DNA of 64,000 nt from Octopus vulgaris. Its lineage: Eukaryota. The notes under the pieces were generated by a model. That model saw nothing but the letters and a program-made list of their open reading frames with translations. It ran no database searches and was not told where the DNA came from. Below are positions 1 through 11,860 of this stretch, in pieces. The number at the start of each line of letters is the position of its first letter. The stretch's first letter is position 1. Location of the stretch: contig OX597829.1 of the NCBI GenBank assembly GCA_951406725.2, positions 23,250,001 to 23,314,000 on the forward strand. Direction: 5' to 3'. The translations under genes were made by a program, and so were the position numbers.

Positions 1-229
1 CTCGCGAAAAAAAAAAAGGGTCAGGAGACATGTTAAAGAAGGCGTGTAATGGTGGAAGAAGGGTCGTGGCGATGGCGGCGGCGGCGGAGGTGGCGGCGGA
101 GGTGGCGGCGGAGGTGGCGGCGGTGGAAGGTGCTGACGGTGGTGTCATCTGCAAAGCAGGGTGCATAGCTGAAAAGTGACAGCAGTCTGATCGTTAATGG
201 AGAGAGAAAGATTAAATGTGGGGAGACTT

Positions 230-329
230 TAACAACAATAACAACGACGAATACGATGATGACGACGACGACGATGATGTTGATGATGATGACGATGATG
301 ACGATGATGATGACGATGATGATGACGAC

Positions 330-361
<32 letters not shown>

Positions 362-634
362 CGATGACGATGATGATGATGACGACGACGACGACGTTGG
401 TGATGGTAGTCACGACGACAGCGACTATGATGGTAGTGGTGGTGGTGGTGGTGGTGATAGTGATGATGATGGCGTCGACAACAACGGCGATGATGATGAT
501 GATGATGATGACGACAACGACGATTACGATAATGATGATGACGGCGGCGGCGGTGGCAGTGGTGGAGATGGTAGTGACAATAAAGATGATAATCATGATG
601 ATGATGATGACGACGACAACGATTTTGACGGTGT

Positions 635-673
<39 letters not shown>

Positions 674-712
674 CGTCGATGATGATGATGATGATTACGG
701 TGATGATGGTGA
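230..712. repeat. Degenerate (GAT/GAC/GGT)n trinucleotide tract
   Basis: Direct reading; it produces the poly-D, poly-I and poly-M ORFs in the track. Confidence 0.9.
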
Positions 713-1192
713 TATCTTTTGCCACAGTAATGTCACATGAAGACAGGTTAACTCGTAGTGTAGCGGTTTACATAAGCTCGAAAATGAAGTGGAAACGGTA
801 AAAGAAGGAATTAGGTTAAAAGCTATACGTGGCGACGAACACGGCGTCGACGACGCCATGACGTTGTCGCCATGGTTACGATTCCACGGCAACGACGATG
901 TCACGGCGACGCACGAAGCCACGGCAACGACGAATCCACGGCGTCCACGAATTCACCTTCACGACGGTGCCACGACGTCACGGCGACGACGACGCCATGG
1001 CAGCGACGACGTCACGGCGGCGAAGACATCATTTGTTATAATGATGATGATAATGTCAACGAAAATATGGACAGAGCATAAAAGCACATGGAGCAGTGGA
1101 GGGTGCTGTTGGCGGCAAGACCTACTTATTAAAGTGTTATGTACTTTATTCATGAACACTCGCGACACCTCGAACCGTTGACCATTCTCTAA

Positions 1193-1620
1193 GTAGGCAT
1201 GGCCGTGTGGTCTGAAGTTTGCTTAACAACGACATGGTTCCGGGTTCGATTTTACTGCACGGCATTCTTGGGCAAGCATCTTCTACTACAACCCCGGACC
1301 AACGAAAGCCCTTTGAAGAATTTGGTAAACAGAAACTGAAAGAAGCCCATCGTGTGTGTATGTGTACGTGTGTATGTCTGTGCATGTGAGTGCGTTTGTG
1401 TCTGTATTTGCCCTCCTCACTCCCACGAGTTGATAACCGGTGCTGGTGTGTTTACGTCCTCGTAGTTTAGCGGTTCGGCAAAAAGAAGCCGATTGAATAA
1501 GTATCAGGCTTTTTTTTTGTATAAAAAAAACCGTTAAGTACTAATTGGTTCAACTAAAAATAAAATTCAAGGCGGTGCCCCAGCGTGGCCACAGTCTAAT
1601 GTCCGAAACAAGTAGAAAAT
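1193..1620 (+). mobile_element. tRNA-derived SINE family A (dominant SINE; about 25 full or partial copies in the window)
   Basis: Head ggcgtggctgtgtggtaag...ggttccgggttc, internal (TG/TA)n, tail cagtcaaatgactgaaacaagtaaaag. Confidence 0.85.
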
Positions 1621-1680
1621 AAAACAGTTCTTTATTTAAGAGATGAGGAATTATGTACAATATTTACATTATGCCCACAA

Positions 1681-1749
1681 GCATATGGCATAGTGGTTAA
1701 GAGCGCGGGCTACTAATCCCAAGATTCCGAGTTCGATTCCAGGCAGTGA

Positions 1750-1750
<1 letters not shown>
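1681..1750 (+). promoter_or_regulatory. tRNA-derived Pol III head (A box/B box) of a SINE-like element
   Basis: TGGCATAGTGG 1686-96 and GAGTTCGATTCC 1729-40; anticodon-like arm GGG-CTACTAA-TCCC; no complete cloverleaf. Confidence 0.7.
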
Positions 1751-1814
<64 letters not shown>

Positions 1815-1816
<2 letters not shown>

Positions 1817-1963
1817 TGCACTACTAGACACTGCACACATCCTACGCAGAACACTTTCCATACAATAACCACCAGAGCATCACAACAAATCACAGCACAT
1901 ACCCAAGGCACACAGAGCTGCGCTCGGTGGTGAAGTGAAAGCACGCTATAAAAAATAAAACTA

Positions 1964-2016
<53 letters not shown>
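1815..2016 (+). mobile_element. 3' end of an R4/Dong-like non-LTR retrotransposon inserted in (AAT)n
   Basis: Translates IALLDTAHILRRTLSIQ*, like the C-terminus of restriction-like-endonuclease LINEs; (AAT)n on both sides. Confidence 0.6.
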
Positions 2017-2018
<2 letters not shown>

Positions 2019-2065
2019 TCGAAGAATACCTTAGGAATGAGAACCCAGGTTCGAAATTTCCCCAA

Positions 2066-2111
2066 GATACCTGATGAAGGCTGGAGGGTATATCAGCCGA
2101 AACGTTGTATT
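2066..2111 (+). ncRNA. Minimal type I hammerhead motif lacking a stem III loop
   Basis: GAUAC / CUGAUGA / A-GGCUG-loop-CAGCC / GAAAC / GUU / GUAUU; AACGUU palindrome in place of stem III. Confidence 0.72.
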
Positions 2112-3289
2112 AACAACAAACAAGATGAGGGCAAATATCTGTCAAATGTAAATAATGTAAGAGATAAAAGATTGTCATCTGACTCAGTCATCCATGACTC
2201 TCATCAATTATTGAAATTAAATAGTTCAGTGCTGTTGTTTGTTCCTTCTCGAGCCATGCTTGGCTCATAAAAGCCGGTTTCCTGGTTTCATTGGCGTACC
2301 GGTTCCCCACCTGGACGAGACGCCGGTCCGTCGTAGGTGAGCTGCTAGATGCTGGAGGAAAGAGTGAAAGTTGTGGCGAAAGAGTCAGCAGAAGTTCGAC
2401 ATTACTTTCTGCCGGAGTCGGGTGGAGCTTAAGTGTTTCGCCGAGATTCGAACCCGCGATCCCTCGACCGCGAGTCCGCTGCTCTAACTACTTGCTTCCC
2501 AACAACGTCGTCTAACTACTAGGCCATGTGTCTCCATAGTTCAGTGTTAGGCTAGTCATATAGTTTAAGTGAAAGTATCAAAGTGAAGGTATTTCTGTTA
2601 TTTTATTTTACTTCAACTTCTCCTTGGGCTGACAATATTGTATCATTTGTACAACAATTTCGTTAGTGATTCGCATCAGTGTTGAAATTATAATTTCTAA
2701 TATTTATTCCGCACATCAGGAATATTTGAGTTAACATACGTAATAAATTTATTCGTATTAACATACAAAACTATTCAGGTTTTTGTTTCTTTGATATTAT
2801 TTTGTTTTTCTTATAAATTATCAACGTCTTTTCTGTCTTCTTGGTTGAAAGTCGAACACATCGGCCATTTTTTTGGAAGTTGATTGGGTCGTTTAATTCC
2901 AAGAACAATTTGGAGACTGTGAACAATCTTTCGGCTCCATCAAACATCCAAAAGAATGCTGTCAATGTCAAATGGAATAATTAGTCTTGTTTTATGCTGC
3001 TATTTCAATATACGTTACGACCAGCATTCTCAAACAACGATAACACTTCCTTGAAAGAAATTAACTTATAATAAATTATTCTTTGCGACACACGTATCCA
3101 GTTATCGCTTCTTTAAATACTTGTTTTGCCTTCTTATCGTCATATCACGTGTGAAAAGACGATTTCATTTATATAATTTATTTTGGCGGAGGCGTAGCTG
3201 CGTGGCCAAGAAGCTTGCCTCCCAACAATGTCGTCATGGTTTCAGTCCCACTGCAAGGCACCTAGAGAAAATGTCTTCTACTATAGCAA

Positions 3290-3761
3290 CATTCTATTGT
3301 CAGCAAATTCATTGTATGCATGAAAATTTTTTTAAAAAAGCAACATAGATTAGTGAATAGAAATGGCCCAATTTTGCTTCATGATAATGCACGGCCTCAC
3401 ACTTCTCAAGCTACAGTCCACAAGTTGCAAAGCCTGGATAATGAAATTTTGACACATCCTCCTTATTATCTTCTGATATCTCTCCTACTGATTATCACAT
3501 ATTTAAACACTTCGAGCTTGCTATACGCAATAAAACATCCTTAAATAAAGAAGATGTAATTGAAGCATTCGAAGAGTTTATCAGTGCATACAAGATGACA
3601 AATTCTTCGGAGATGAAATATATGCCTTGGAGGAACGTTGGATGAAGGTCATAAATGAACAAGGATCATATTTTGATTTAATAAATAAATATTCTAAAAC
3701 TTAAAAACAATTTTAATGTTTCCTTTTTTAAATGCGATATTTCATGTGAGACAACCTAATA
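3290..3761 (+). mobile_element. Mariner transposase 3' fragment with right terminal repeat
   Basis: ILLHDNARPH, HPPY...PTDYHIF and ERW.KVI...G.YFD remnants; ends gagacaacctaata. Confidence 0.88.
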
Positions 3762-4244
3762 GAAAAAGACTGGTGTACATTTCACCGGTTATCCGAATCA
3801 TCAGTGGCAGTTAGGTGAGAGAGAGTGAGGGGGGGTGGGAGATGCAGGATCTGGCACTATATGAAAAATTGACAACTTTGTGAGGTCCATACGGAAGCCG
3901 GCTAGTTTTACCCAAACGAAACGATGTAGGTCGACTGTCTTATATATATATATATCACCGGAAATAATTTTAGGTTGTGGAAGTGTCTTTCAAATGCCGA
4001 GATTGGTTGAAACCATGAGCTAACACACACCCGTGCATGCATGAATACCTACATACATATCTCCTTTCGTAAGAGTAAAAGACTTCAATTCAAAAAAAGA
4101 GCTCGATGTTATATGTATATATATATATATATTATAGTATAATACATTTATCGGAACTGAATATATAGGCGCAAGCGTATCTGTGTAGCAAAGGCTTCGT
4201 TTCTCAGCCATGTGGTTCTGGATACAGTTTAAATGCGTGCTACC

Positions 4245-4306
<62 letters not shown>

Positions 4307-4385
4307 GGGGTTGGGAGGAAACATGTTTCGCTCTTCCCAGAATCACATCAAAACGGACCTCACAAAAATATTCAAAATTCATATA

Positions 4386-4767
4386 TCTCTCTCTATATAA
4401 ACGGCAGTTTGTCTGTGCGTGTTTCTGTGTGTCTGTTTGCTTGTACCCTCACCCTGACCATGGCTTTCAACCGATTCTGATGAAACTTGACACACACATA
4501 GCCCAATGTCATAATTCAAAACTAACGCAGCGAAAATTTTGAAAAGTTCCCCCAGTTCTGAAAAAAATCGATAAATTCGACATGGGGTCGAGAATCAGAA
4601 ACACAAACCGCAAACTGTCTAGGGGACGCAACTCCACCTTTTTTAACTAAAAAAAAATTTACCATCATTTTTTTCCATCTTTTTGCTATTTTTTGGCTAT
4701 AACTCTCTAAAAATGCTTTATAGTTATTTCCTTTACAAACCTGAGCAACGCCGGGCGATACTGCTAG
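4386..4767 (+). mobile_element. Non-autonomous Helitron
   Basis: 5' TC after A; subterminal GC hairpin region (gagcaacgccgggc); 3' CTAG followed by T; second copy at 48615-48985. Confidence 0.8.
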
Positions 4768-5286
4768 TTACTTATAATTATGTTAATTCTGGTTACGACG
4801 ACTTCAAAGACACAAACAAACCAAAGATATCGTTTAGATTGACAGGCGTGGCTGTGTGGTAAGTCTTTGCTTCCTAAGCACATGGTTCCGGGTTCACTCC
4901 CACTGCGTGACACCTCCGGCGAATCTCTTCTTCTATAGTTCCGGAGCCAACCAAAGCCTTTGAGTGGATTTGGTAGATGGAAACTGAAAGAAGCCCGTCT
5001 GTGAAACTGTTAATTCAGACACGTTTTTCCCTCTCTCCGTTTTTCTATTCTCTGTCTTCGTGTTTTCTTTCCGCATTCCTTTCTTTCGAAGAGCCTAGGC
5101 TCGAAACGTCGAAAACGTCTTTAATTTTTCCAAAGCGTCAAACTAATACACGGTGGTTGGTGTTCCCTCACCTGTCTCTGTCTCTTTTATTTTGTACAGT
5201 TTTGAAATACACACACGCACGCACACACACACACACACACAAAACAAACGCACACGCATACACACGCACGCACACACACACACATA

Positions 5287-5650
5287 TGGATGTGTGGTAG
5301 GGAACTTCCTTCCCAACCACATGGTTCCGGATTCAGTCCCACTGCGTGGCACCTTGGGCAAGTGTCTTCTACCATAGCCTCAGGCTGACCAAAGCCTGTC
5401 GTATATGTGTATGTATATATATGTGTGTGTGTGTGTGTGTATGTGTGTGTGTTTGTATGTCTGTGTTTGTCTCCCCACCATCGTTTGACAATCGATGTTG
5501 GTGTGTTTTCGTCCCTGTAACAGAGCGGTTCGGCAAAAGTGACCGATAGAATAAATACTAGGCTTACAAAGAATAAGTTCTGGGGTTGATTTGTTCGACT
5601 TAAGGCGGTGCTCATGCATGGCCACAGTCAAATGACTGAAACAAGTAAAA

Positions 5651-5652
<2 letters not shown>
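5287..5652 (+). mobile_element. SINE family A
   Basis: Same head, body and tail as 1193-1620. Confidence 0.85.
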
Positions 5653-5712
<60 letters not shown>

Positions 5713-5853
5713 CAATTAAGATTCAAGTAACTTCCAATGAATTTACTTGAATGTGGTACTTAACTTAGATGCACCAGAAAAACTATATGGTGTTATCCAT
5801 ACAGTAATGTGGGGTGATTATAAACGAGAAAGAAGCAACAAGAATGGATTGGT

Positions 5854-5944
5854 TTTTAGTACAATTGTTTCATACAAGGACAGGCTTTATTACAAGTTGC
5901 AAAAATTGCAGCAGATAAAAGTGTCCCGTACTCATCAGCTAAAA
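5854..5944 (-). ncRNA. Type I hammerhead ribozyme motif (mirror copy of 6471-6561)
   Basis: Reverse complement of 6471-6561, in the left arm of a 236-bp inverted repeat. Confidence 0.88.
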
Positions 5945-6470
5945 TACATTTGAGTTCTCTAGACATCTTAGTGGGTGAGGTTATACTCATGAGATATTGG
6001 AGATAGTTCCATTAGAGGCAGATATAGGTTGTAAACAGTTTTCCAAAGTTCCTTGCACGGAGAGCAATAACATGGCAAATTACCTTATCATATAGCATGA
6101 AATGATTGTGGATTAATAATGGTTAAATACATCGTCTGTGAGTATGAAATCCATCATCTTACCACTGGAAATGTAAATCTTCACTATGGATTAATTCACC
6201 TTTTCTGTGAAGCTAATAAGTCTTTAAAAACCTGTGATAAGTCTGTGCATCATCCTCTTCATATCTCTGGAAATTTAAATCTACACTATGGATTGATTCA
6301 TCTTCTCTTCGAAACTAATAAGTTTTTTAAAAATCTGTGATAAGACTGTGCATCATCATTAAGGAACTTTGGAAAACTGTTTACAACCTATATCTGCCTC
6401 TAATGGAACTATCTCCAATATCTCATGAGTATAACCTCACCCACTAAGATGTCTAGAGAACTCAAATGTA

Positions 6471-6561
6471 TTTTAGCTGATGAGTACGGGACACTTTTAT
6501 CTGCTGCAATTTTTGCAACTTGTAATAAAGCCTGTCCTTGTATGAAACAATTGTACTAAAA
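6471..6561 (+). ncRNA. Type I hammerhead ribozyme motif with extended stem II
   Basis: Stem I UUUUAG(6471-76)/CUAAAA(6556-61); CUGAUGA 6477-83; stem II GUAC-GGGACA...UGUCCU-U-GUAU; GAAAC 6544-48; palindromic stem III ACAAUUGU; GUA triplet 6553-55. Confidence 0.88.
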
Positions 6562-6589
6562 ACCAATCCATTCTTGTTGCTTCTTTCTC

Positions 6590-6625
<36 letters not shown>

Positions 6626-6737
6626 ATTAGTAGATAAATGAATTATCTTATTACGGATAATTCAAATGATAACCGATATTTGGGTAGCAAAAATCACAAC
6701 AGAAAGAGCACAGTTGAAGTTACGACCATGGGGCATG

Positions 6738-6823
6738 ATTTTCCTGAAGAGAAAGCTGCAAAATGGACTCCTTATTCAATCGGAATTAGGGACTTTGCAG
6801 ACTTCGAAACATATGTCGAAAAT
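6738..6823 (+). ncRNA. Type I hammerhead ribozyme motif, GUC site, extended stem II
   Basis: Stem I AUUUUC(6738-43)/GAAAAU(6818-23); CUGAAGA 6744-50; stem II GAA..CUGCAAA...UUUGCAG..UUC; GAAAC 6806-10; palindromic ACAUAUGU; GUC 6815-17. Confidence 0.9.
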
Positions 6824-6870
6824 AAAATAAAGGAATTTGGTTAAATCTTCGTTCAGCTCCATTTACTATA

Positions 6871-6920
<50 letters not shown>

Positions 6921-6948
6921 TAGGGGGAGGGAGAGAGGGAAAGAGGGG

Positions 6949-7002
<54 letters not shown>

Positions 7003-7271
7003 GATGTACTTGCATAGTAAGTGACTTGATCTGAGATCGTGTGCTGAAACAAGAACAATTGCAGCATGGAAGATGTTTGTAAGCCATTCAAGAACACACA
7101 AAAACCGAATTTTGTCAGTGAACAGATCGTGATTTCAAAGCGACGAAAATATTTTGACGCAAATGAAACTTAAATGTTGAAATGAAATTTAAATGTTGAA
7201 ATGAAACTAACGGTTTTTGTGTATTCTTGAATAGTTTACAAACATCTTCCACGCTGCAATGATATATATAA

Positions 7272-7419
<148 letters not shown>

Positions 7420-8256
7420 ATTTAGGAATGGTCATTTTGCCAGTTTAGCCAATATATATATATATATATATTGTTGTATTTAGGAATGTTCCTTTTGCCA
7501 GTTTAGTCAATAAATATATATATATATATAATTCAACTGTGACTAAGGGTGTCGGATAGCACCTATATTGCTAGAAATAAGAGTTAAAAACCCTTAGAGC
7601 CACAAGAAAGCACATTTGCTGCTCTAAGCGGGGTTTTAATTCTTATTTCTAGCAATATAGGTGCTACCCGCCAACCTCAGTCACAACTATGTGATGTAAA
7701 TGGATGTATCTAAGTGTGTAGATACCCACTACCACCACCACTGCTTGACGGCTGGTGTTGGTTTGTTTACGTCCCTCTAACTTAGCGGTTCGGTCAAAGA
7801 CCGAACCGCTAGAGTACCAGGCTTAAATGTCAAATAAGTACTGGAGTTGATTCGTTCAAATAAAACCCTGCATGGTCACAGTTCAAAGACTGAAACAACT
7901 GACAGCAAAGTTTATATGTTCTTGTTTCGCCTTTCACCAATTTTCTTCCAGTTAAAACCCTAATGTTTCTGTACTTTTGAGGGAGCCTCTTTGCTTGATC
8001 TGCAAAAAATAGCAAAAAACAATCTTACTTTGGATTATGTGAATTTTGAGATGTTTTGTCAGTGTGAGAAAAATCGGATAGTCTTAACTGAAATATCTTT
8101 GAGCATCGGTCTACTCAGTGTAATATGACTTGGAGGCTAAACAAATACTAAATAAAAGCTAAAATATCCGTCCAGTTGGGATGTAGTTCTGGTTGGTTTG
8201 GGAAAAGCAAACGACATGCAATTAAGAGGACAACGAATCGTGTCCTAGCCGACGAC

Positions 8257-8486
8257 AGGTTAAGTTCACCGCCATCAATTCACCGTGAAGAAAGCTCACC
8301 ATGAGAAAAGTTCGTCATGAAGAAAGTTCACCGCAAGAAAAGTTCACCAAGAAAATATATCCATAGTATCTCACTATTAATAGTTAAAAACTGTTGTATT
8401 GAACAATAAGTTGTTTTTTTTTTTCTAAATGGTGAATTGATGACTGAATTTTTCCTGCGATGAACTGATAACGGTGAACTTACCGG
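8257..8486. mobile_element. MITE with subterminal tandem AAGTTCACC repeats
   Basis: Termini ggttaagttcaccg ... cggtgaacttacc; reiterated ~20-bp units inside. Confidence 0.55.
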
Positions 8487-9029
8487 ACATGATCCTAGCC
8501 TGTTTCAAATGTCCACCTGAACTCTAAATAGGTACCACTGCGTGTTAGGCAACTCTGCTGCTTCATGACTGGTCAATTCATATGTCCACAGTTCAGTCTA
8601 GTTAGCTGTGTCTACCACCACAGTAAGATCGCGGTTTCGATTCCCAGACCGGGCGTTGTGAGTGTTTATTGAGCGAAAACACCTAAAGCTCCACGAGGCT
8701 CCGGAAGGGGGTGGTGGCGAACCCTGCTGTACTCTTTCACCACAACTTTCTCTTACACTTTCTTCCTGTTTCTGTTGTACCTGTATTTCAAAGGGTCGGC
8801 CTTGTAACACTGTGTGTCACGCTGAATATCCCCGAGAACTATGTTAAGGGTACACGTGTCTGTGCAGTGCTCAGCCACTTGCACGTTAATTTCACAAGCA
8901 AGCTGTTCCGTTGATCGGATCAACTGGAACACTCGTCGTCGTAACCGACGGAGTGTCAACAACAACAAGAGGGAGTCTTTCACCCAGCCAACTATTGTCT
9001 TATTGCTCTCACATCTAACGACTCAAACG

Positions 9030-10260
9030 TAATGGAGACAGTCATTTACAAAGACATTTTTCTACACTTACACCTTACATCTCTCTCCCCCCCTTTCCAC
9101 TCAGTGACTGCAGAACCAGATCCACTGGTGACCTATTCTCTTATGTCACTCACCAGAGGATTCTCACTTTAGAGAAGTTCAGTAAAAGGAATGTTGTTAC
9201 CCTAGGCGTCAGCAAAGCCTTCGACCATGTCAGGCATGCAAATCTCCTACCAAAAATTACCCATCCTCATTTCTCATCTCTCGAATCAACAGTTTCCTAC
9301 ATGTTGACAGATATCTTTCTGTCTCACTTTCAATCTATTCAGGTGTTCCCCAAGGTTTGGTTTTTGTCCCCACTTTCTTCCTTCTGTAATTCGTCAATGA
9401 CCTCCTTACGACTACATTCAGACACAGCCATTCTTATACAGTTAATACAACTCTTTATTCTTCCTTAGCTTTCCCCAGCCGTTTATCAACTTCACACCAA
9501 GCCTAAACCTACCCTGATTCCAAAAACTGAAACCCTGAGAACATCCTTCAGTGAAGCCAAGCAAACCTTGTCTCTTTTAACAGCACAAAAATTCAAGCGC
9601 TACTCATATCAAGCAAACAACACCACACAACAGTCTCACTCCACATGAGGGACACTCAGCTAGAGTCTTCACATTAAATTTAAATCATCACAGTCACTCC
9701 GAATCTAGACATCTCTACATTGCTGAGGATCTCTCCTGACCAAAACACATCTTTAGCACAGCTAGGATCACATCCCCCAAACTAGCTCTTCTCTTTAGAC
9801 CCAGAAAATATTTCAGCCCCAAATAGCTGCTCAAGTTGAACCCACAGTTGTAAGATGCTCTTACATCTGGGACAAAAGCTACTACTAGGCACACTGTCAT
9901 CTTGGACCACAATCAATGAAGGAATAATAGACCAAGTGGCACCCCATCACGACTGGACACACTCCAGCCTCTGGCTCACGGCCATACTGTATCCTCTCTC
10001 TATCTTTTCTGGTATAATTGAATAGCCATTACTTATCAGAGCTGGCTGGTCTTGTACTTCCACCACTCAGGTATCCTACACCACTCATCTACTCAACACT
10101 CAGCGTTTTTGTTGTATCCAACCACACTTTGCTTGCACAAACTACTATGCCCAATCCTTTCTTCCCGCACCCAGAATATCATCCCTCTGGAATCTCCATC
10201 CCACTTATGTCTTTCTAACGAGTGGTGACCTACAGCAGTTTAAACGGAACATTATCAGCA
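9030..10260 (+). mobile_element. Highly degenerate non-LTR RT fragment (Jockey/L2-like)
   Basis: Remnants VSKAFDHVRH (9207-9236) and SGVPQG (9339-9356), with many stops. Confidence 0.65.
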
Positions 10261-10323
10261 CCGTCCGCACCAGTGTTGGAGAGGGACTGCAAGGAACGGG
10301 GTTCTATCCCTCTTTTTAGAAAA

Positions 10324-10637
10324 CTGGTTCTCAACCGGAGTCAGTATGGCCCCTGAGGGTCCATATAACGTATTAAAACAGTAAATTGGGGACCCACAAT
10401 AGTATTTTAAGGGCCCCTGAAAAAAGATTGCTTTAGATGTGTGTATTGCAAGAAACAGCGAGGTTTCTTTCTCTAATACTTAACAAAGTTCTTACCTACA
10501 CAAGTTAATGTGTGAATAACAAAATAAGAATTTTGAAAGAAGTTTCTATTTTAAACAACGAATGGTTATTGTGTCCACTAGAATAAAATAGTAATGAAAA
10601 GGCCCATAGATTAAAGAAAAATGGTTGAGCACCCCTG
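10324..10637. mobile_element. hAT-type MITE
   Basis: Imperfect terminal inverted repeats ctggttctcaacc ... ggttgagcacccctg. Confidence 0.55.
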
Positions 10638-11375
10638 CTTGCGCAAACTACTATGCCCAATCCTTTCTTCCCGCACCCAGAATATCATCCCTCTGGAATC
10701 TCCATCCCACTTATGTCTTTCTAACGAGTGGTGACCTACAGCAGTTTAATACTACAAAAACGCTGAGTGTTGAGTAGATGAGTGGTGTAGGATACCTGAG
10801 TGGTGGAAGTACAAGACCAGCCAGCTCTGATAAGTAATGGCTATTCAATTATACCAGAAAAGATAGAGAGAGGATACAGTATGGCCGTGAGCCAGAGGCT
10901 GGAGTGTGTCCAGTCGTGATGGGGTGCCACTTGGTCTATTATTCCTTCAGTAAATACAACAAAATATTTCATAAAAGTCAAGGAATACTCAAAGCCGCAG
11001 CAGCATCAAAAACATATTTCATTTTTTAGAGTAGTTAATTCTTCTTTTAATTCCTATCTATTTCAAGGATAAATTCACCGTAACTTTCATACATACTAAA
11101 GACATTAGCAAAAGGAGGAAGCGTAAATTTACGATTCAGACATGATAAAAAAAAAGAAAAAACGAAGGGAATGTGTGTTATACAAGAACAGCTGTTGTGG
11201 AGAGAATGGAATAAATGTAATGTGTTATAAATATGCTGATATGATATAAAACCACAGAGATTGACGATGAGTAATGCAGTTTGAATGATGTGTATAGTCT
11301 GATTAAAATTATTAACTAACATCGCCCCACCATCTACTATCAAATGAATTTGAAACATACGCGCGCGCACACACA

Positions 11376-11413
<38 letters not shown>

Positions 11414-11708
11414 AAGCAACACCTAAAGAAATAATTCAGTTGTTTTTGACCTCAACGAGGTCAAAAACAGGGCATCTAACGAAACATTTCCAAGAAGTTT
11501 ATATACAATATATATATATAGACAGAGAGACAGACAGAGACAGAGAGAGACAGACAGACAGATAGATAAAATTGTATGTATGTATATATAGATATATGTA
11601 TATATATATATGTGTATACATATAAATAATGTATTTATGCACATATATATACGTGTATATGCATTATATATATACAAATAAATATTCATACACATATATG
11701 TACATATA

Positions 11709-11761
<53 letters not shown>

Positions 11762-11824
11762 GTTTAAATATTTGTTGTGCAAGATTTCTTATGTGAAGTC
11801 GTGTGTTGAAACAGATATTGTTAT

Positions 11825-11860
<36 letters not shown>

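Larger units (their letters stand above)
5819..6596. mobile_element. Palindromic ribozyme-bearing element (Penelope/retrozyme-like), 236-bp arms
   Basis: 5819-6054 is the reverse complement of 6361-6596; the 306-bp spacer holds a ~100-bp tandem duplication; (TA)n runs nearby on both sides. Confidence 0.75.

Noticed and set aside
1681-1750. Functional tRNA gene
   Set aside because: The acceptor stem does not pair convincingly and there is no T-run terminator; treated as a SINE-like head.
2771-2971. Possible exon of a second gene
   Set aside because: Short open frames on both strands but no recognisable motif or partner exons.
4478-4490. CTGATGAAAC as a hammerhead core
   Set aside because: No room for stem II; internal Helitron sequence.
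6638-6844. 68-aa ORF that looks protein-like (MGHDFPEEKAAKWTPY...)
   Set aside because: It overlaps a complete hammerhead fold inside a (TA)n-bounded insert; no splice signals or homology recognised.
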